DNA from: Nitrospirales bacterium
GTDB taxonomy: Bacteria > Nitrospirota > Nitrospiria > Nitrospirales > UBA8639
Length of the DNA stretch: 64,000 nucleotides
NCBI GenBank assembly: GCA_965243425.1
Contig: OZ251550.1
Coordinates: forward strand, 446,579-510,578
Reading direction: 5' to 3'
The position numbers and the translations under genes were made by a program. The notes under the pieces are model-generated. The model was not told the DNA's origin and searched no databases. It was given only the letters and a program-made list of their open reading frames with translations. Shown here piece by piece: positions 9,721-18,318 of this stretch (position 1 is its first letter; the number at the start of each line of letters is the position of its first letter).

Positions 9721-10680
9721 CCCCTCGCATCCCCCCTTCCTCTCCCTCTCCCCTAGCAGGAGAGGGCCAGGGTAAGGCGGCTTGCTCTCACACGGTCATT
9801 CCCAACGTTTCTCACACTGTCATTCCAGACATTTCAAACACTGTCATTCCCGACGTTCTTCATCGAGAATCCAAAGCCAGGGTGAGGGGGCTCTGCTCCC
9901 GGCGGGTTCCACCACCGCCCTGCACCGCCCACTCAGAATGAGCATGAAAGAAAAAATGCTGGATTCCCGCTTAAACCTGCGGGAATGACGGAAGGGGGAC
10001 CTGCGGGAAGAACAGGGAGACGCGGGAAGGGCAGCGAGACTGTGCTCCCTTTCCCTCTTCTCTTCCTCCCTCTCCCCTCGCGGGAGAGGGCCGGGGTGAG
10101 GGGGCCTGTTCTCACGCCGTCATTCCCGACGTTTCAAACACGGTCATTCTCGACATTTCAAACGCGGTCATTCCCGACGTTTCTCACACTGTCATTCCCG
10201 ACGTTCTTAATCGGGAATCCAAGGCCAAGGTGAGGGGGCTTGCTCCCAGATCATCCAACGACCACCGCCTGCGCCGCCTGCTCAGAACGCTGCGGTCATT
10301 CTCCTGACAACGGAAAGCCAGATTCTTCGCTTCGCTCAGAATGACAGAGGGGGCTGGGCGAATGCCAGAGGAAGGATAAACATGCACGACATCCCTGGAT
10401 TCCCGCGAGCGCGGGAAGAACAGGGAGACGCGGCAAGGGCAGCGAGACCGTGCTCCCTTTCCCTCTTCTCTTCCTCCCTCTCCCCTTGCGGGAGAGGGAC
10501 GGGGTGAGGGGGCTTGCGCTCACGCGGTCATTCCCGATGTTTCTCACACTGTCATTCCCGACGTTAGTAATCGGGAATCCAAGGCCAAGGTGAGGGGGCT
10601 TGACTCCCGGAGGGCCCAACAACCACCGCCTACACCGCCCGCTCAGAACGCTGCGGTCATCCCCCTGACAACGGAAAGCC
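9721..10680. repeat. Composite repeat cluster: about 2.5-3 tandem copies of a 360-410-bp unit made of several palindromic repeat families
   Basis: GCGGGAAGAACAGGGAGACGCG... starts at 10003 and again at 10411. GTCATTCCCGACGTT..TAATCGGGAATCCAAGGCCAAGGTGAGGGGGCTTG starts at 10191 and 10551. AGATTCTTCGCTTCGCTCAGAATG starts at 10321 and 10681. A partial earlier copy lies at 9740-9990. Confidence 0.85.
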
Positions 10681-11692
10681 AGATTCTTCGCTTCGCTCAG
10701 AATGGGAATAAATGCCAAAAAGTGTTGGGTTTTATCGTGGACAGAGCTGGACATACCACTGCAAATAGGCAGTCCGATGGGGGCGCACGAGTCCGCGAGG
10801 TTGCCGATACTTGTGTGTCAGCCGAGCGAAAGACCCTTCTCACGCATTGGTCGATTGGGGGAGGCCCGGCTGGTCAAGAGACGGAACCATGTTCGGTAAC
10901 GCGGCGAGCAACAGACTCCGGGCGCGCTTGAGATCGCTGACGACCCACCCGGGTTCGGCGGCCTCCGCCAAGCGGTGCCCATACCGGCGTTCCCAGGCCT
11001 GGACTTGAGCGACGAAGAGCTCGCGGTCAGCCACCGGGTGGGTCGCCCTGACTGGGTGAAACAGGGTGCGCCGGTGGTGGGCATCTCGACGTTGGGGGGC
11101 CGGCGACACCAACTGAGCCCTTGGCGTTGGCTATGAACCAGCCAGCACTGAATGACAAGCGTCGGCCCCAGGCGGCACACGATCCGTATCAGGTGCGGAT
11201 TGCCGTCAAGCGGAGCCCGGATCGGGGCACAGCCGTGGGCCGCCACCGGGGTGCAGAACGGGGTCAGGTGAGCCGGGCCTTCCGTCATCTCGGGAGCCGC
11301 ATAGACCACGGCGGAGCGTGCCGCATCCAGGACCGCCGCCACGCCGTTCCGCCCCTCGATACGGGTGCCGTCAACGATCCGATGCCGCGCTGTGGCACAC
11401 TCGCCCGAGCGAGGTGGGGGCTGGGGCCGGTGGGGCCGGTTGGCCGCATTCTTCCCCACAAAGGTCCGCCGGCAGTTCGGACAAGACCAGCGCGGCTTGC
11501 CTTGGCGAGTCCGGCCATAGCTCTGCACCGGCCTGCGGCCACCCTGCGGGCACGACTTTTTTCCTCATCATCCACCCTCTTATTCAACGGGGTCAATCCA
11601 AAGGGGCCTAACCTCCTGGAAAGAAAGGCCTTTTTCTACTTTTCCCAACACTTTTTGGCATTTATGCCCATTCTGAGCGAAGCGAAGAATCT
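10681..11692 (-). mobile_element. Insertion sequence (about 1 kb) with 49-bp terminal inverted repeats, family uncertain
   Basis: 10681-10729 (AGATTCTTCGCTTCGCTCAGAATGGGAATAAATGCCAAAAAGTGTTGGG) matches the reverse complement of 11644-11692 at 48 of 49 positions. The repeats enclose a transposase-like ORF. I see no obvious target-site duplication. Confidence 0.75.
10818..11528 (-). pseudogene. Transposase, frameshifted (zinc-ribbon N-terminus; DDE type suspected)
   Basis: Frame a reads RWSCPNCRRTF ... DGTRIEGRNGVAAVLDA ... DGNPHL ... VIQCWLVHSQRQGLSW and then becomes low-complexity. The plausible C-terminus (ELFVAQVQAWERRYGHRLAE ... PQSTNA) continues in ORF 10840..11112. The frame switch is near a G6 run at 11094-11099. 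Confidence 0.6.
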
Positions 11693-11890
11693 CAGACTGC
11701 GACAGGACTACAGGGAGAGCGGATGACCGCAGGAGGGGAAAAACTGGATTCCCGCTTAAAACTAGAAGGGGAAAACTGCGGGCATGACAAGAGAGGATTA
11801 GAATGACTACGGGAGAGGGAGATGACCACAGGGGGGAGCGGGTGCCGGGGGGTGGTTTTTTTTGTGGGGATCGTCTATTAGTACGTGGTT

Positions 11891-13237
11891 ATGGCCGATG
11901 AGCATCTGCCTCACGGGGAGTTTCTCCCACAGCGCACCGCGACCCTGCACGTTGCCGATCGCGTCGTGGACCTTCCTCTTGCCACGGGGACCGCGGGCGA
12001 TCCGGCGATCGACGTCTCGACGCTCCGTGACCGGACGGGCTTCACCACGCTTGATCCCGGCTACGTGAATACGGCGTCCTGTTCCAGCGCCATCACGTTT
12101 GTTGACGGCAACCACGGGATTCTTCGCTACCGGGGCATTCCGATTGAGGCCCTGGCTGAACGGTCGAATTTTCTGGAGACGGCCTACCTGTTGATCTACG
12201 GCACCCTCCCGTCTCCCTCCGCGTATCGGGACTTCGTCACCACCGTCACCCGGCACACGCTGCTGCACGAAGACGTGAAACGTTTTTACGACGGGTTTCC
12301 GAAAGATGCCCATCCCATGGCGATTCTGTCCGCGGTGGTCGGCGCGCTTTCGACGTTTTATCAGGACAGTCACGACCCGACCGACCTGCACCAGGTGGAC
12401 CTTTCCACGCATCGGCTCCTGGCTAAACTCCCTTCCATTGCCGCGTATTCGTACAAAAAATCGATCGGGCACCCGTTTATCTATCCCGACAACGCGTTGG
12501 ACTATTGTTCCAATTTTCTCCGCATGATGTTTGCCGTGCCGTCGGAACCGTATGACGTGCATCCCGTCGCGGCCCGCGCGTTGAACTTGTTGTTTCTTCT
12601 GCACGCGGACCATGAGCAAAATTGTTCCACGTCCACGGTCCGACTCGTGGGCTCGTCCCATGCGAATCTGTTTGCCTCCGTGTCCGCGGGCATGTACGCG
12701 TTGTGGGGACCGCGCCACGGCGGGGCCAACCAACAGGTGATGACCATGTTGCACACGATTCAGGCCGACGGCGCCAACGTGGGGAAATACGTTGACCTGG
12801 CCAAGAATCGAACCCATCCGTTTCGTCTCTCCGGGTTCGGGCATCGCGTCTATCGCCACTATGACCCGCGGGCGACCATCTTGAAGCGCACCTGCGATGA
12901 CGTGCTCGCCGCCCTCGGCGTTCATGATCCCTTACTTGACGTGGCCAAGCGTCTGGAAGACGTCGCCCTGAAGGATGACTTTTTTCTTTCGCGCAAATTG
13001 TATCCGAACGTGGATTTTTACAGCGGCGTCATTTACAAAGCCATTGGGTTCCCCGTCAACATGTTCACGGTCCTGTTTGCGATCGGACGATTGCCCGGAT
13101 GGATTGCGCATTGGCGGGAAATGATGCAGGCGCCCGCGGTCAAAATCGGGCGGCCGCGACAGTTGTATACCGGCCGCCCCGCCCTCGACTACGTGCCCAT
13201 GGCGCAACGCCCGGACGACCCCGAGTCTGCCGAATGA
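11891..13237 (+). CDS. gltA: Citrate synthase
   Basis: Signature blocks HADHEQNCSTSTVRLVGSS, GPRHGGAN and GFGHRVY. The length is typical of type II enzymes. Confidence 0.93.
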   Translation: MADEHLPHGEFLPQRTATLHVADRVVDLPLATGTAGDPAIDVSTLRDRTGFTTLDPGYVNTASCSSAITFVDGNHGILRYRGIPIEALAERSNFLETAYLLIYGTLPSPSAYRDFVTTVTRHTLLHEDVKRFYDGFPKDAHPMAILSAVVGALSTFYQDSHDPTDLHQVDLSTHRLLAKLPSIAAYSYKKSIGHPFIYPDNALDYCSNFLRMMFAVPSEPYDVHPVAARALNLLFLLHADHEQNCSTSTVRLVGSSHANLFASVSAGMYALWGPRHGGANQQVMTMLHTIQADGANVGKYVDLAKNRTHPFRLSGFGHRVYRHYDPRATILKRTCDDVLAALGVHDPLLDVAKRLEDVALKDDFFLSRKLYPNVDFYSGVIYKAIGFPVNMFTVLFAIGRLPGWIAHWREMMQAPAVKIGRPRQLYTGRPALDYVPMAQRPDDPESAE

Positions 13238-13256
13238 CGACGGGCGACGCCGTCAA

Positions 13257-13358
13257 ACCCCGGGACGTGGGGCGGTCGGGTCACTACACGTGGCGAGTGG
13301 CGAGTGGAGAGTGGAGAGCAAAAACGTTAACCCCGGGACGTGGGGCGGTCGGATCACT
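13257..13358. repeat. 28-bp direct repeat pair flanking a (GAGTGG)n tract
   Basis: CCCCGGGACGTGGGGCGGTCGG(G/A)TCACT occurs at 13257 and 13331. The two copies are separated by GTGGCGAGTGGCGAGTGGAGAGTGGAGAG, the same hexamer tract as in the 1600-2590 array. Confidence 0.8.
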
Positions 13359-13423
13359 CAACACCACGCCGAGCTCAGGCACCTGACGGACGGCGTCATG
13401 ATCTTTGAACCCGGCGTGGGCAA

Positions 13424-13897
13424 TCATCTTTTCGCTCCGTTCACTTTTTCTTCTCTCCCGCGACTGTCAAGCACGACCGTCACCGGCCCATCATTTTCCA
13501 AGGTCACGACCATCGTGGCCCCGAAGCGGCCGGTTCGCACGGTCAGGCCCTGCTCGTGTATGCGACGCGCCACGGATTCATAGCATCGTTTCGCGTCGTC
13601 GGGGAGCGCGGCGTTTTCAAAGCCCGGACGCCGACCACGATGGGTGTCGCCCATCAACGTGAATTGCGACACGATCAGGAGTTCGCCCCTTCTCTCCGCG
13701 ATGGACCGATTCATTTTGCCGGCCTCGTCGGAAAAAATGCGGATCCGCGGGATCTTGTCGGCCATGTAGGAAACGTCCGCGTCGGTATCGCCTTTCGCCA
13801 CCCCCAGAAGCACCACGAGCCCTTGGGAAATGGCTGCGATGGTTTGGCCCTCAACCGTGACGGACGCTGAACGGACACGTTGGAGAACGGCTTTCAT
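13424..13897 (-). CDS. dtd: D-aminoacyl-tRNA deacylase
   Basis: 157 aa: MKAVLQRV...GLVVLLGV...SQFTLMGD...GRRP. ATG at 13897 preceded by GGAGGAAACCC. The upstream part of the 274-aa ORF is non-coding-looking. Confidence 0.9.
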   Translation of the reverse strand: MKAVLQRVRSASVTVEGQTIAAISQGLVVLLGVAKGDTDADVSYMADKIPRIRIFSDEAGKMNRSIAERRGELLIVSQFTLMGDTHRGRRPGFENAALPDDAKRCYESVARRIHEQGLTVRTGRFGATMVVTLENDGPVTVVLDSRGREEKVNGAKR

Positions 13898-14127
13898 TAT
13901 GGGTTTCCTCCCTGTACATTTTTTGGCGATTCGGCCATTGTAGCACGTGGTTGTTTGTCGTTGGGCTACGGGGAGGGTACGCGGTCGCGTGAGACGCGAC
14001 CCTACGGCCTCACTGTAGCGGCGCGTCTCACGCGCCGAGAAAGCTTTACGGTGATTGTGAAATTTTGCTATATCGTTTTCGTTTGATCGGGGGCGTCGTC
14101 GGACGAACGAAAAAGAAGGAGAGGCAG

Positions 14128-14943
14128 ATGGGAATTCTTTTGAATCGGATGAGGCGGTTTTTATGCGGTTGCGGAGTGGTCGCGGTCTTGATCGTTGCGG
14201 ATCCGGTGCTGGCTGAGGAGGGACGGTTTTATCTCGGCGGGGCGGCAACCGTGGAGTGGCTGGACGCTTCTTACGGGAAAATTGTTGAAAATGGGCCGCC
14301 GTCGCCTCGAAGCCCCGCGGTTTTTCAGGAGGAGGGTTCCGCTGACAAAACGGGGTATGGGTTCGGGTTCCTTGCGGGCTATCGGATGCCGCTCAACGAG
14401 CGTTTTTACGTGGGCGGTGAGGTTGATCTGACGCTCCACGACGGCACGGCTCGCGGACAACTTGACGGGGTGGGCACGACCGCCGGGCGCAATCAACCCG
14501 GGGAAAGCTGGCCTGATTCGTGGTCTTTTGGGAAGGACGTGAGCTACGGCCTGACGGTGCGACTGGGCGTCCGGCCGGACTTTCTTCAGTTGTGGGAGGA
14601 TGAGGCGAGCGTGTACGTGCTTGCCGGCGTGCGCCACGTCAAAGCACGGTTCAAGATTGGGTTTCACGGATGCCTTCTGTCTGACACTCAGACTACGGAC
14701 TGTTCTACCCCCGACCAGTTTACTTCAGGGACGCAGCATCATACGTTGTCTTTCAACGCGTGGACGAGCGGGCTCGGCCTGGAAAAGATGATCGGGCCAC
14801 ACGCCGCGATTCAGGGCGAAGTGCGTTATACCGGATATCCGAGTCAAAATTGGATCAGCTTTGATCTGGACGGCATCCGCGTGCCGGTGGACGTGGATAA
14901 TGACGAGGTGAATCTGTTGTTAAAGATGGTCTGGTATTTTTGA
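14128..14943 (+). CDS. Outer-membrane beta-barrel protein (porin/OmpA-like family)
   Basis: AAGGAGAGG then ATG at 14128. Signal peptide ending VLAEE, alternating beta-strand pattern, and C-terminal aromatic residue (KMVWYF). Confidence 0.7.
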   Translation: MGILLNRMRRFLCGCGVVAVLIVADPVLAEEGRFYLGGAATVEWLDASYGKIVENGPPSPRSPAVFQEEGSADKTGYGFGFLAGYRMPLNERFYVGGEVDLTLHDGTARGQLDGVGTTAGRNQPGESWPDSWSFGKDVSYGLTVRLGVRPDFLQLWEDEASVYVLAGVRHVKARFKIGFHGCLLSDTQTTDCSTPDQFTSGTQHHTLSFNAWTSGLGLEKMIGPHAAIQGEVRYTGYPSQNWISFDLDGIRVPVDVDNDEVNLLLKMVWYF

Positions 14944-15026
14944 GACGGGGGCATGAGATGTTTCGGGGGCATGAGATGCCCCCCTACGAGGCGAGTGGGG
15001 CAGGGGCGTCTTCGGAATCTCGTTGA

Positions 15027-15507
15027 TCCGGCGGAGATTCTTCGCTTCGCTCAGAATGACAATGGGGGTCAGAATGACAACGGGGAGCGGAATGACAGAG
15101 GGGAGCAAAATGACAACGGGGAGCAGAGTGACAGAGGGGAGCAGAGTGACAACGAGGAGCAGAGTGACAACGGGGAGCAGAGTGACAACGGGGAGCAGAG
15201 TGACAGAGGGAGAGGGAGATGTAGGGCCGCGTCTCACGCGGCCTCTTCACGAGAGGGCCCGGCCTCATGCCCGCACCCGCGTCATGCTGTCCTCCTCTGC
15301 CATGCAAGTAGAAGGCCCTGTCATTCTGAACGAAGTGAAGAATCTCGCTTGTCGTTTGCACGGGCAGCAACGGGCATGACGCCGCGGGTGTAGGAGACGG
15401 GTGAGAGCGGACGTTGCTTCCCCTCACCCCGGCCCTCTCCCGCAAGGGGAGAGGGAGGAGGAAGGGGAAAGGGAGATGTAGGGCCGCGTCTCACGCGGCC
15501 TCTTCAC
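15027..15507. repeat. Repeat cluster including an 18-bp tandem array (9 units, 15052-15213)
   Basis: GATTCTTCGCTTCGCTCAGAATGAC is followed by nine units of CAGA(A/G)TGACA(A/G)(C/A)GGGGAG. GGCCGCGTCTCACGCGGCC hairpins lie at 15225 and 15482. There is also a second GTCATTCTGAACGAAGTGAAGAATC and a CCCTCTCCCGCAAGGGGAGAGGG hairpin. Confidence 0.9.
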
Positions 15508-15509
15508 TT

Positions 15510-17111
15510 CTACGTTTTCGGACGGCCCGTGATTTTTTCTTGAACCAGCGTCCACACTACGTGCAGTTCTTGGGAGCGCAATAAGGCCTGGGTGCCGAGG
15601 TATCCGGTCAGACTGAGGCCGATGCCTGCTGCTAAGGTGATGCCTTTGGCCGTCCATTCCGCTTCTTGACGCCAGACGGTCAATCCGTCAATCCACAGAC
15701 AGACGAGGACGACCGGAATCGTTGCCAGCCCGGCTCGCCCCAGCGACCGACACAGGCCCCGCCAATCCATGCCGCCCACTCGACGGGTCAGCACGGTCAT
15801 TAACGCGCCGACGTTCACCATCGCCGAGAGCGCGGTGGCCAATGCCAACCCGGCGTGCGCGAACGGCTTCATCAGCATCACGGCCAACCCGACGTTGATG
15901 AGCATGGCGAGCACCGCGGTCACGGCCGGCGTTTTGGTATCCTGGAGGGCATAAAACACCGCGACAATGACGCGAGTGCCGGCAAAGGCCCACAACCCCA
16001 CCGCGTAGGCCAACAGCGCGGCGGCCGTGCCTTGGGTATCCGCGGCGGAAAAGGCCCCGTGTTCGAACACCACGTGGACAATGGGGCGGCGCAGCGCGAT
16101 TAACCCGACCATGGCCGGCAGGATAATAAATCCGATCATCCGAAGGCCGAATCCTACGGTTTCGCGCAGTTCGTTCACGTCCCGGCGCGACGCCTGCTCC
16201 GACAGCGCGGGCAGAATCGCCGTGGCCAAGGCCACGCCGAACATGCCCAATGGAAAGTGGATCAACCGCATCCCGTAAAACAGGTACGTGGGTCCCCCGG
16301 GAAAATACGACGCCAGGATGGTACTGACGGTGACGTTGATCTGGGTCACGGACAGCCCCAATAAGGACGGCACCATCAACCACCCGATCTTCCGCACGCC
16401 GGGATGCCCGGGGTTGAACAGCCATTGAAAGAGCAGCCCGCGTCGCTGCACGCCGGGCAGTTGGACGACAAATTGCGCCAGACCGCCGACGACCACCCCG
16501 ACGGCCACGCCCATGACCGGCTCTTCCAATGACGGGGACAGGACCAGCGCGAAGACAATAATGCAGACGTTAAACAGCACCGGGGCAAAGGCCGGCGCGG
16601 CAAAGGCCCGGAGGGAATTGAGGATCCCCATGGTGACGGCCGCCAGACTCACAAAGATCAGATACGGAAACATGATCCGGGTCAGGGTCGTGGTGAGGGT
16701 GATCCGATCCGCATCTTCGTGAAAGCCGGGCGCCAACACCCACACGATGATCGGGGCCGCCATCACCCCGACCACGGCGACCACGGTGACCAGCGTCAAC
16801 AGGGTGGTAAACACGGCGCTGGCCAGTTCCCAGGTTTCCCGTTTGCTGCGCCGGGCGTGGTATTCCGTGAAGACCGGGATAAAGGCGGAGGCCATGGAGC
16901 CTTCGGCCAGGAGTTCGCGGAACAGGTTGGGGACGCGATAGGCGATGAAAAACGCATCGGCGGCCATGGTCGCCCCTAAGAGTCGCGCAAGGATCACGTC
17001 ACGCACGAGTCCAAGGATTCGGCTGGACAGGGTCGCGGCACCGATGAGCCCCGCTGCCCCGGCAATGGACCGGTGCGCGTCGGCGTTCGGCGGGTGGGAA
17101 GCGGCGGACAT
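15510..17111 (-). CDS. murJ: Lipid II flippase MurJ/MviN
   Basis: 533-aa polytopic protein with the characteristic N-terminus SRILGLVRDVILARLLGATMAADAFFIAYRVPNLFRELLAEGSMASAFIPVF. Confidence 0.92.
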   Translation of the reverse strand: MSAASHPPNADAHRSIAGAAGLIGAATLSSRILGLVRDVILARLLGATMAADAFFIAYRVPNLFRELLAEGSMASAFIPVFTEYHARRSKRETWELASAVFTTLLTLVTVVAVVGVMAAPIIVWVLAPGFHEDADRITLTTTLTRIMFPYLIFVSLAAVTMGILNSLRAFAAPAFAPVLFNVCIIVFALVLSPSLEEPVMGVAVGVVVGGLAQFVVQLPGVQRRGLLFQWLFNPGHPGVRKIGWLMVPSLLGLSVTQINVTVSTILASYFPGGPTYLFYGMRLIHFPLGMFGVALATAILPALSEQASRRDVNELRETVGFGLRMIGFIILPAMVGLIALRRPIVHVVFEHGAFSAADTQGTAAALLAYAVGLWAFAGTRVIVAVFYALQDTKTPAVTAVLAMLINVGLAVMLMKPFAHAGLALATALSAMVNVGALMTVLTRRVGGMDWRGLCRSLGRAGLATIPVVLVCLWIDGLTVWRQEAEWTAKGITLAAGIGLSLTGYLGTQALLRSQELHVVWTLVQEKITGRPKT

Positions 17112-17135
17112 GAATGGAATCCTGGAAGCCGTGCG

Positions 17136-18062
17136 CTATAATCCGCCTCGGTCTTCACGAGACACGGTTAATTTCGCGTCAATAAATTCTCGATGAGGCA
17201 ATTCCAGGGCCTTGGCGATCCGCCGAATTTCTTCAATTTCCGCGTGAGACACGTTCTCCGCCGCGTTGGCAACGGCGAAGAGACACCGAAGAAAGGCCTT
17301 TCGCTCCTGAAGCGTCGTATAGTCGCAAAACCCCTTGGTGAGGCGAACAAGATCCAAGCCGTGCATGATGCGGGTGTGACTCATGTCGGCAATGAGTTCG
17401 GCTTCGTCCTTCGGGACGTTCCACAGTTGCCGGAGGCCCAGACTCATGGCGTCACGTTCACGATGACACACGTCGTTGTCCACCCACGCCACGTGCGCCA
17501 TGAGCCCCGCGGCCAGACACATTTTGCGGACTTCCGTCTCAGGGAAAGCCAGCGTCCGTCCCTGGTTGGAGAGTTCTGCACTCAACTGAAAGTAAATCGT
17601 GTTCTTGATGAAATCTTCAATGTGATCTTCACGGGACGATGCTCCCCGATACCGGCCGGCTTTGTTTTTCAAGGTCTGCCGAAGGGGGGCCGTCAAGTGG
17701 GCGATCCACCCCGTGCCGCGTCGTTCGATATCCTGACGAACGTGATTGACCCATTCCGCTTCCATTCCGCGCGGCCGTCCCTCACCCGCGACCAGCTTCT
17801 CCAGCGTGTCCAACACGAGCCGCGTATCCTTGGAGGACCGAATGCCGGCGAGTACGCGGGTGAGCAGCTCTTGCCGTTCTGCGTCCGTGACCGCGTGGGT
17901 CATGTAGAGTTCCAGTTGCATCCACTCTTCGCCGGAAATTTCCGGAAGGAGAAACAACAGTTCCTTCAGCGCGTTCAACTCTTCCTGCTGGAGCCGACCG
18001 TCGATCCAGGCAATGCCGATCATCAATTTGCCGAGATCCAGAATGAAATCCTTCGTCGCCAT
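17136..18062 (-). CDS. TerB-like (tellurite-resistance TerB / DjlA N-domain family) protein, two-domain
   Basis: ATG at 18062 preceded by GGAGGAAGC. TerB-like helices: LMIGIAWIDGRLQQEELNALKELL and a second copy VAWVDNDVCHRERDAM...EIEEIRRIAKAL. Confidence 0.6.
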   Translation of the reverse strand: MATKDFILDLGKLMIGIAWIDGRLQQEELNALKELLFLLPEISGEEWMQLELYMTHAVTDAERQELLTRVLAGIRSSKDTRLVLDTLEKLVAGEGRPRGMEAEWVNHVRQDIERRGTGWIAHLTAPLRQTLKNKAGRYRGASSREDHIEDFIKNTIYFQLSAELSNQGRTLAFPETEVRKMCLAAGLMAHVAWVDNDVCHRERDAMSLGLRQLWNVPKDEAELIADMSHTRIMHGLDLVRLTKGFCDYTTLQERKAFLRCLFAVANAAENVSHAEIEEIRRIAKALELPHREFIDAKLTVSREDRGGL

Positions 18063-18318
18063 GCTTCCTCCTTTGACCACGGGGGGTTGGCTGCATTGAC
18101 ACTAAAAATGCCCTTTCTATAGCATCTTTCCCTTGTCTTTGTCTTGGGGAAATACGACACGCGGGGCCGGCTGTCTCCTTTGCCGCGTGAGACGCGGCCC
18201 GACGTTTGGGGAAACAGGGCACGCGGGGCCGCTGTCTTGGGGACAACGCGGCCGTAGGGCCGGCTCTTCTCATTGACGTGATGCTCCGGGCTGAACATGC
18301 CGCGGTCTTCAAGCCGTC

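Noticed and set aside
11760-11880. G-rich tract followed by T8 (GGGTGCCGGGGGGTGGTTTTTTTT) upstream of citrate synthase, considered as an intrinsic terminator or riboswitch
   Set aside because: The G-rich arms are not complementary to each other, so no stable stem precedes the T-run, and I recognise no riboswitch consensus.
14920-15445. ORFs encoding periodic peptides (QSDNGE repeats, VTLLP repeats, SERSEESR / SEAKNL motifs). The same occurs at 1602-2590, 9782-10754, 50952-51505 and 56052-56322.
   Set aside because: They are translations of the tandem and palindromic DNA repeats, appear on both strands and in several frames, and lack start contexts.
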